From a virus: DNA of 64,000 nucleotides. This document shows positions 53,808-62,000 of this stretch, piece by piece (the first letter of the stretch is position 1; each line of letters starts with the position of its first letter). The notes under the pieces were generated by a model, which searched no databases, had not been told where the DNA came from, and worked only from the letters and a program-made list of their open reading frames with translations. The DNA lies in IMG/VR virus record IMGVR_UViG_3300032770_000018, positions 1 through 64,000 of that record; one strand, given 5' to 3'. A program made the position numbers and the translations under genes.

Positions 53808-54592
53808 AAGCCTTGCTATTCTACATCTTTCTGGTTTGTGCATCGGCCTCGGCGCAGATGGCGCTCTGGAACAAGACACAGTTGGCCATAGTCCCGCAAG
53901 GGTTGGTCGGATACTGGACGCTGGACGTCGCGGATTGCCCAAGCGGAAAGGCGCTGGATGCCAGCGGCGCGGCGACTAGCGCGTTCCAAGTCGCGGCTCC
54001 AACCCAGACAAATGGAGTTGTTGGGCAGGGGATGTTCTTTAATGGCTCAACCCAATACATTGACATCACAACTTCATCGAATGCCTGGTACAATTTTAAG
54101 ACCGGAACGGTGTGTTTGTGGTGCAAGGAGCGGGATACGGGAGGGGAAACGATCCCGTGGTCAGCGTCGTCAACCAGCGCATCCACCACAGAAATTTTCA
54201 TTGAGGAAGATTGGCGCTCTGGAAACAAATTCTGGAATATCGTTGGTCGTTACAATAGCAGCACAGAATGGCAGTACACGATTTACATTCCTGGGGGCTA
54301 CGCCTCTAACAACTGGGTTCACATCGCCCTCGTCCAAAATGGGGTCGCCCCGACGTTCTTTACGAACGGGGTTCTGTCAACGATGACGGGAACAACCACC
54401 ACGGCTCCGTCATACTGGCTAAGCAACATTTTGTATTCGGCTAACGCCACGCCCGCGAACAAGATTTCCATCGGGCTGTTGCATCGGAGTACGCTGGTGT
54501 CTCAGTATGCTGGGGCGGTGGATGATGTGCGGGTTTACAACTACCCGCTTTCGGCAGCGCAGATTGCGAACATTTACAAGGCGGGACATTGA
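53804..54592 (+). CDS. LamG/ConA-like lectin domain protein with signal peptide
   Basis: GLVGYWTLD, WVHIALV, GAVDDVRVYNYPLSAAQI. Confidence 0.88.
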   Translation: MKALLFYIFLVCASASAQMALWNKTQLAIVPQGLVGYWTLDVADCPSGKALDASGAATSAFQVAAPTQTNGVVGQGMFFNGSTQYIDITTSSNAWYNFKTGTVCLWCKERDTGGETIPWSASSTSASTTEIFIEEDWRSGNKFWNIVGRYNSSTEWQYTIYIPGGYASNNWVHIALVQNGVAPTFFTNGVLSTMTGTTTTAPSYWLSNILYSANATPANKISIGLLHRSTLVSQYAGAVDDVRVYNYPLSAAQIANIYKAGH

Positions 54593-55050
54593 AGGGCTCA
54601 GTTGAATCAGAATTCCGACCAGCGGTAGCTTCCGACCTACTGAAGATCGGGCGACTGGTCCGGGAGTTCTACCACAAGGTCGGAGGTGTTTACGGCATCG
54701 AGTACAGTCACGACGACGCAATGAACCTGATTTCTGGGCTGATTGCGCGCGGGATTTGCCTTGTTGGGCCTACGAGTTGCGCCGGTGCGCTGGTGATGCC
54801 CTTTCCGTACAACAACAAGGCGCAGGTGGCCTACGTTGCCTTCTGGTATTTTCAGGAGTCCCGCGAGATACGAATTTTCGAGGAGTTGCTGCGCCGGTGT
54901 GCGGCAGCCGGGGCCACACACGTCAGCGCGGCCAGCCACTTCCCGCACAACCGGATCGCCAGGTGGTATCTCAAGCTGGGGCTCCATCCGGTCGAGGGCC
55001 AGTTCTGCCGGGCGCTGAATAGTGCTTGCATCCAGCCGGGAGCGGCGTAA
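54589..55050 (+). CDS. GNAT-fold protein
   Basis: FRPAVASDL...WYLKLG; typical position before ejection proteins. Confidence 0.65.
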   Translation: MKGSVESEFRPAVASDLLKIGRLVREFYHKVGGVYGIEYSHDDAMNLISGLIARGICLVGPTSCAGALVMPFPYNNKAQVAYVAFWYFQESREIRIFEELLRRCAAAGATHVSAASHFPHNRIARWYLKLGLHPVEGQFCRALNSACIQPGAA

Positions 55051-55059
55051 AAGGCAGAT

Positions 55060-55857
55060 ATGGGTTCGATGATCACAGCCTTTCAGGGAAACCCGACGTT
55101 TTCCACCCTGACGAACGTCAAGAACCCCGGGCTCAACAAGCAAATCAACAGCGCCGCCGCCGGGGCAGGCACGCTCAACTCGAATGCCCAGGCCTCCCTC
55201 GCCGACTACATCACGAAGTACATGGGCGGTCTGCCAGCAGCCCAACAGCGGACTAACCAGGAAGTGGCGTCGGTGGACAGCCTCTACAACGGCGGCATGG
55301 CCCAGCAACTGGCCGCCCTCAGGGCAGCCCAGATGTCGGCAACCAACGCCGCGGCCAACGTCGCAACCCAGCAGGCGCTGCGCGGGCTGAATGCCGGCCG
55401 CCTCGGAGAACAGGGCGCAGGCAGCTCCTACGACGCCCGTATGGCCATCGGTGCGCTTCAGCCAATCGCGGTGCAGGCGGCGCTCACCAATGCCGGGCAG
55501 GCCAGGACAGACCTCGGGACGCTGACGGGCCTTCAGCTTGGAAACCTTGGGGTGGCCCAGGGCTTGGCCAACCAGCAGGCGGCTTACGGTATGCAACCCG
55601 TCTCGGCCGCCGAGGCGGTCTATGGGCAGAACCTGAACAATTTGAACGGGCTGGCCGGCCTCTACAACGCCAACGACATCTACGGCGTGCAGCAGAACAA
55701 AACGACGCTCGATGAAATCGGCAATTTCTTCGGCGGCATGGGCAGTGCTGGATCGTCCTTCATGTCCACGATGGGCAACAACCCCGGGTTGGCCAGCAGT
55801 CTTGGAATGGGTGGCATGTTTGGCCCCGGCGGTAGCAGTGGAGGAATGAGCCTGTGA
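55060..55857 (+). CDS. internal virion/ejection protein
   Basis: Ala/Gly/Gln/Asn-rich; leaderless promoter. Confidence 0.65.
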   Translation: MGSMITAFQGNPTFSTLTNVKNPGLNKQINSAAAGAGTLNSNAQASLADYITKYMGGLPAAQQRTNQEVASVDSLYNGGMAQQLAALRAAQMSATNAAANVATQQALRGLNAGRLGEQGAGSSYDARMAIGALQPIAVQAALTNAGQARTDLGTLTGLQLGNLGVAQGLANQQAAYGMQPVSAAEAVYGQNLNNLNGLAGLYNANDIYGVQQNKTTLDEIGNFFGGMGSAGSSFMSTMGNNPGLASSLGMGGMFGPGGSSGGMSL

Positions 55858-56099
55858 GCGCTAGGGTGTGTGGAAGCTGCGGGACACGAATGCCAGCGCG
55901 GCCAGTGATCGGACGATGGGCGCAGGTCCTGCACAAAGCTCGACGCCTCATCGTGGTAGGAACAGTGATCGACGCCTACCCAGGAACGCAGCGGGCCAAG
56001 AGAATCCGCATCCAGCGCGGGCCGCTTCAGGGAGAGGTTGTGCAGCCGCACGAGTACGAGTTCAAGGGCTTCATCGAGGACGAAGAAGTTGACCCCTGA
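55854..56099 (+). CDS. hypothetical protein
   Basis: GTGA coupling; CxxC. Confidence 0.5.
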   Translation: MSARVCGSCGTRMPARPVIGRWAQVLHKARRLIVVGTVIDAYPGTQRAKRIRIQRGPLQGEVVQPHEYEFKGFIEDEEVDP

Positions 56100-56139
56100 C
56101 GCCTCCGGGCGTAGGTTTTGGCACAGTGAAAAGTGAACT

Positions 56140-56934
56140 ATGAAAGTGTTTATCCTCGTGACCTGCCGCAAGCCCGAGTTGCTTCCGGCTTCGACCCTCG
56201 TCTTCAAGAGCCTCCGAACAGGTTTCCCAACCGCCGAGGTCACAGCCTTTGTTAACTGTGCACCGGACCACGAGTGTGGAAGGGTGATCACTGAGGCGAT
56301 GCTGGCTGCTGGGGTCAATGCCGCTGGATGGGAACCAAGGACCGATAACGACCCTAAAAAACCAACAACGATTCATCACCGCTTCATTTACGAACTCCTG
56401 CTCAAGGAATCTGATCCGTTTTGGATCTGCGACACTGATGTAATCTTTTGGGGCCAGGTCGAAGGCAAAGGATCCTCGGCGCCGATGCTCGGACGCTACA
56501 TCCCGCAATTTCGGGATAAATTTACCAACTGCGTCACTCGCCCACGGCTTCACACGTCGCTCCTCTGGTTCAACACGCCGGTCCTCAAGAGGGCGCTCTC
56601 GCAATACTGGCAGCAGTTCCCAGAGACGCCGTTCAACCCTCGGCCAAACCTCATCTACCCGGCCTTCTACCCGTTCCGCGTTGGAGCGAAGGTCACGAAC
56701 TACTTTCACGACACCTGCTCGCTGCTTTACCAGGCAGTCGGAGGCCAGAGCTTTAGCACGGCCGAACTTGACCTCTACGACCATCTCAACTTCGCGACGA
56801 TCAGCGACATCGTGGCGCCGTTCTACCCGGAGTTGCGCTTTCGGGAATCCCATTTTGCGGTCTTCGAGAACACAAAGCTGGCCAAGGGAGCCTGGCGCGA
56901 TCAGGACAGGTTCTATGCAGCCAACGCCGTTTGA
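56140..56934 (+). CDS. GT-A-like protein
   Basis: FWICDTDVIFW DxD motif; own promoter and heptad motif. Confidence 0.55.
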   Translation: MKVFILVTCRKPELLPASTLVFKSLRTGFPTAEVTAFVNCAPDHECGRVITEAMLAAGVNAAGWEPRTDNDPKKPTTIHHRFIYELLLKESDPFWICDTDVIFWGQVEGKGSSAPMLGRYIPQFRDKFTNCVTRPRLHTSLLWFNTPVLKRALSQYWQQFPETPFNPRPNLIYPAFYPFRVGAKVTNYFHDTCSLLYQAVGGQSFSTAELDLYDHLNFATISDIVAPFYPELRFRESHFAVFENTKLAKGAWRDQDRFYAANAV

Positions 56935-57442
56935 CTGCGCCCAGGTGGACGCCGGCCTGCGCGACTTCTTCTCAAAGGTCTCGAACGGCGACCGACTGGC
57001 CGCCGACTTCCTCTGCCGGTTCATGGCCTATTGCCACGGCGTCGACGACGTAATCGACGAGTCCAAATGGGACGCCGAGACGTTGCTGGCGCTTCTGGTT
57101 CAAGCCTCCGAGGTCTATTCGCACGAGTTCTACCGGATGCACGTCGGGCGGCTCCAGACGCCGATTCTCACGGCTACCAGCGTTTACGCCGACTCGATCA
57201 AATGGGAGAAAGACCCGGCGCTTTGGAAGCGCGAATGGGCGGAGGTTACGCGGCACGCCGGCAATGAGGTTATCCTGGCGGTTGCCCTTATCTGCGGCGG
57301 ATTCGCCCACCTGCGCGACGTGAGTGCTCCGCTTTACGCCACCTGTTTCGTTTACCACAAAGACCGCTATGGCACCCCAACCGAACCCCGAACGGAGCGA
57401 ACAGCAACGCCTCTGCCTGAGCCTTTACCAAACGGCAGCTAA
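56915..57442 (+). CDS. isoprenoid-synthase-fold (DDxxD) protein A
   Basis: YCHGVDDVIDE; all-helical. Confidence 0.7.
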   Translation: MQPTPFDCAQVDAGLRDFFSKVSNGDRLAADFLCRFMAYCHGVDDVIDESKWDAETLLALLVQASEVYSHEFYRMHVGRLQTPILTATSVYADSIKWEKDPALWKREWAEVTRHAGNEVILAVALICGGFAHLRDVSAPLYATCFVYHKDRYGTPTEPRTERTATPLPEPLPNGS

Positions 57443-57878
57443 CGGCATCCCGGAGGCCGAGCAGTTCCTGGGCGACTGGCACGATTACTGTCATGGGATT
57501 GACGACTTCATTGACGAGGGTAAGCGCGACCCGGAGGCCCTGCTGGCAATCCTGGCCCACGCCAACATCCTCTACTCCCGACCGTTCTACGTGGTCAACG
57601 CCCACCGCCTGCAACTGGTGGTCGCGCTCATCACCAGCGGCTACGCCGACAGTATTCAGTGGGAAGGCTCGCCGGTTGACTGGCGCGCGCGATGGGCGGA
57701 CGTGCTGCGCTACGCCGGCAACGAGATGGTTCTGGCGGTCGCGCAGATAACCGGGGGCTTCTCGCTTGTCCGCCAACTGAGCCCGCGGCTTCGAGAATTC
57801 TCCTGGGAGTGCCACCACGACGATAGGCCGATACCAGTGCCAACAGCCCAAGGCCGGGAGCTTCCGCTCACAGAATGA
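57369..57878 (+). CDS. isoprenoid-synthase-fold (DDxxD) protein B, tandem paralog
   Basis: YCHGIDDFIDE; YADSI.WE and R.AGNE shared with protein A. Confidence 0.7.
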   Translation: MAPQPNPERSEQQRLCLSLYQTAANGIPEAEQFLGDWHDYCHGIDDFIDEGKRDPEALLAILAHANILYSRPFYVVNAHRLQLVVALITSGYADSIQWEGSPVDWRARWADVLRYAGNEMVLAVAQITGGFSLVRQLSPRLREFSWECHHDDRPIPVPTAQGRELPLTE

Positions 57879-57916
57879 CGTTGACGACGGCGGCTAATGG
57901 GGGGTAAAGCAGTCCC

Positions 57917-59014
57917 ATGGCGTACGGCAGCGATTTTTCAGCCGCTCAGTCGGCGGCACTTCAGGAAAGGGGATTGGCCCAGTCCCAGGCGCAGTTCGAC
58001 GAGAGCGAGATGCAGAGGGCGCTCCAGTTTGCAACCCAGGCGGGTGCGGCTCAGCGCCAGTTCCAATACCTGAGGGATGTGGTAAACCCCACAGAGTGGG
58101 CGATGCGTGGCCGGCAGTTGGACATTGAGCAGGCCCGCGCGGACAGGGCCCTGAGCATCGAGCAGCGCCGGGCCGACACCGCCCAAGGCTATCTCGACAT
58201 CTACAAGAAGCAGATGGACACCGCTGCCGCCCAGGGCACGCCCGCGCAGATTAAAGACCACGAGTTTGCTTTTGTGGCTGCCGCTCAGGACGCCGAGCGC
58301 GGAATGTTCGACTCCCCACAGCACGTCTCCCAGCTTTACCCCGCACTCTCGCCAGCCGAGGCCAACCTGATGTATCAGCGCAGCGCGGCGGTGCGGCCAA
58401 GCGTCGAGGCGCAATACCGGACGGCGGAGAACGCGCGGTCGCTCCTCAACGCCTACGATGCGACGAACATGCAGTTGCTGCCGAATTACGTGGACCCGAC
58501 CGGGCGCCCAACCATCGCACCCGTCCACTGGTTTGACAGCCAACAGACAGTGGCCCAGAAGCAGCAGCACAATGCGGCGTTGCTGATGCGAAATCGCCTG
58601 GACCAGACAGGCATCATTCCGAATCTGCGAAAGAGTCCGCTACTGAGCTACGACGCGGAGAGCGGGCAGTGGCAGAACAACGTTCCTCAGCCGCGCTGGT
58701 TTCCGACGGGCGGTACTCCAACACCCACCGGGCCATCCACTGAGGCACCGATGGGCTGGCAGCCCACGACTGGCGGTGGCTGGTTAAAGCCAGTCCTGCC
58801 GGCCGGACCGCCCGCGCCTTCTCCGGGCCGTAACATCACCTATATCTCTCCGCCGCAGGTTCCGGGGTCGTCCGGCATGGGCAATCCGATGACCCAGCGG
58901 AAGTACACGCCTTTTGTCTATAACCGCGTGAACGAGCTGGTGAATCGTATGGGAATGGACCCGTCGGCAGCACTCAGGCAGGCTCAGGCCGAGGACCAGG
59001 CACTCTCTCAGTAA
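57917..59014 (+). CDS. internal virion/ejection protein
   Basis: Q/A-rich helical N-terminus; position. Confidence 0.6.
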   Translation: MAYGSDFSAAQSAALQERGLAQSQAQFDESEMQRALQFATQAGAAQRQFQYLRDVVNPTEWAMRGRQLDIEQARADRALSIEQRRADTAQGYLDIYKKQMDTAAAQGTPAQIKDHEFAFVAAAQDAERGMFDSPQHVSQLYPALSPAEANLMYQRSAAVRPSVEAQYRTAENARSLLNAYDATNMQLLPNYVDPTGRPTIAPVHWFDSQQTVAQKQQHNAALLMRNRLDQTGIIPNLRKSPLLSYDAESGQWQNNVPQPRWFPTGGTPTPTGPSTEAPMGWQPTTGGGWLKPVLPAGPPAPSPGRNITYISPPQVPGSSGMGNPMTQRKYTPFVYNRVNELVNRMGMDPSAALRQAQAEDQALSQ

Positions 59015-59060
59015 ATCTAATTTCCGTTGATATGCCCGGGTTCCGTGCTAAAACGGCGCC

Positions 59061-62000
59061 ATGGCTTTTCTGACACCAGAGGAGATCGACGCGATAGGCG
59101 AAACGCCATCCGGCGCGGCACCACGTTCAATGGAGCGCGTGCTGACGCCCGACCAGATTGACCAAATCGGCCAGGGATCAGCACTCAGAAGCCGTCAAGA
59201 GATCGACACCCGCTCGTTTCAGACGCCCAGCATCGCGTCGCACCAAGCCACTTTCTTTCCCCGACCTGGCCCGACTGCGCCCTCGGGAGTGCCTGTAGAG
59301 CCAATTACGGCGCCCGACATTGCTGGCGGCGCGGCGGAGGCGGTGCAGGAATACCCCAAGAACGTCGGTAAGATCCTGTCCCTCGGGTACGCGGGCGCGG
59401 CTGACGTTACCTCGCAGGCCATGGGGCTGCCAAAGGCCCAGGCGGATGCGACCGGCCAGACCGAGCCTGATAGCTGGGCTAACATCAAGGCTGTTCTCAA
59501 CGAGGAAGACCTGCCGATGGACCAGATAATCAGGCAGACCCCAGGGCTGCCCGGCATGTTGGCCAAGGCTGGCAAAATGTGGTTGGACCTCATCCCGAGA
59601 ATCTATCTGATGCGCGGATTTGGCGCGGCTGGCATGGGGCCGGCAACGGCTGGGGCGCTCGCATTCGGCACGAAACCAACCGGCAGCGGCATTGACCCGG
59701 TTGGCGCGGCGCTGGGCGCGCTGATGCCCGGAGTCCAGGAAGTTGGCCGAACTCTTGGGGGTAGCCTGGCCGATTCGCTGATGCGGCGCGGGCTCATCAA
59801 CGCGGGCGACAAGTTCACACGCAACCTCGTTGAGGAAGTTGGGGGTGTTGGCGCAATCCAAACTCTTAACGAAGCGCTCAATTCGCCGCAGCTTTACCAG
59901 CTTTACCAGCAGGACCCCCATCAGTTCTGGAGCCAGATCGGGGCGGACACTCTTGGAAGCGCGGCGTTCATGCTGGTTGGCGCCCGGGATTGGGCGACGG
60001 GGCCCGGACCGTGGAGCAGCGCCTTTATGCGGGCGGTCGAGAAGACCTACACGCCGGAAGACCTCAAGGACATTTACCTGAGAGTCAACCGCGGGGAAGC
60101 CACCCAGGAAGAGCAGCAGATTGTCCGGTTCATCAACACGAAGGTCAGCAGCCCGGGCGAGGCAATTCGCGGGGGTGCGACCATCCGGACGGAGACCCCG
60201 ATCTTCACCAGCCCATTCTGGCAAAAGTTTTTCGGCCTGGCAGCCAAGGACCCTGAGATCCGGCTGACAGGGGCGCCGGGACAGCAACCGCCGGCCGCGC
60301 CGGCAGCAACAGCGGCACCGCAGCCAAGGCCCGGCGGACGGCCGCTCTTGCTGGGAACAGGAGAGGCAGATGCCACTACTCAAGAGCAGCAGCCAGGAAG
60401 CGTTCCACCGCAACGTGGCGGAACTATACCGCAGCAACCAGGACAAGCCCCCGGAGGAACGGCGGTCGCGCCAGCAGATACTGGCAATCGCCTACCGGGT
60501 GCAGCGGGGAGCCCACCGGGAGGAATCCCAGCGGGCACGCCGCCGACCACGCCAACGCCCGTCCCGCCTGCGCCAAAGCCAGCGGCGGGGGGCAAGCCTC
60601 CGGCGGTAGCGCCCGACTGGAAAACCATCAAGCCCGACGACATTTCGGCAATGCCGGCGGAGACCTTTGGGCCGTGGTACGCGTCGCTCGTGGTAAACCG
60701 GAAGCCTTTGCAGGATCGGCTGGCCAAAGAGGAAACGGCGGACACTCTCGCCCAGCATCTCGCGGCGGCCACCACTGGTGCGGGGCTAGTCCGGCGCATG
60801 GCCGAGGCGGAAACCGATCCCGCCAAGCGGCAGGACTTGATGAACCGCTACCTCGCGGCCACGCAGAAGGTTCAACTGTTCCACGAGGCCCTTGGAATAA
60901 AAAATGGAATAATTGCCAAGGGACCTGCCAAGCCATCTCTGCCAATAAACCCAGCGACCATTGGGCTACCCCAGTGGCGGCAACAGGACCACAACGTCAC
61001 TCGCAGCGGCAAGGACAGCTACTACGTTCCAACCACCGGAGACCGCACACTATGGCCGGGCGTCACCAGCAAGCGCCGGGTGGTGGACATGCAGTATTTC
61101 CTGGAGAAGCTGAAGCGCGGCGAGATCGGCCAGGAAGAATACAACCGACAGATTCAAGGCATCCGGGACAACCCGATGTATGGAAAGCCCGAGCCTGTGC
61201 CGCCACCCGCGGCTCCGAAATGGAAGGACATCGGACCCAACAGCAACGGCGACACCGTCTTTGAGGATGACAACGGTGTCCGATCGATTCTGCGAGGCAG
61301 CGTCAGGGTTACCGAACCGGTGCGGATGATACCAACCCGAGAAGGCGTCCAGACCGCGACCGGAGACCGGACGGGCACGGAGTTTGAGACCGCAACGGAG
61401 GCCAGGAAGCGCACGTCCCCCGAAGCCGGAAACGCTCTCCGCGCCCTCGTCAACAGCGCGGAGAACAACCAGCAAAAGGCTGCGGAGGTTAAGCGGCTGG
61501 CCGATAAAGAGGGCGTCACGGTCAAGCAGATGCAGGAGCGCATCGAGGCCGAGGTGGTGAAGATGGCCAACGAGACTGCGCGACGGCCAGACCTCTCGCC
61601 AAAAGAAAAGTTCCAGGAACTGATCGCCCTCTACAACCGCCAGCCGGTTTTCTCCGCGCGGACCAGCACCAGCGTCGAGAATCAAGCCTACTCGACGCCC
61701 GCGCCAATCGCTTTCGCTACCGGCTACATGGCGGACGTCGGACCATCCTCCAGCCAGTACGACGGCACGGGCGGCAATGGGATGCTCCTCATCGGCGGGG
61801 ACATCGCGCATTCATGGGCCAATGAACTCGACCCCGCGCGGCAGGCGGCGCTCAAGGCGCTGGGTGTCGGAATCGTCACCGGCAACGACGCGACGACCTT
61901 CCGTCCGAACGTGAAATACGATGTAGTGCGGCTCAATCCGCCCTTCGGCTCGATCGGCAACACGCTCTACGACGGGTTTGGCATCAGCAAGCTCGAACAC

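Noticed and set aside
52632-54592. Diversity-generating retroelement acting on fibre/lectin genes
   Set aside because: No reverse transcriptase and no TR/VR repeat pair seen in this window
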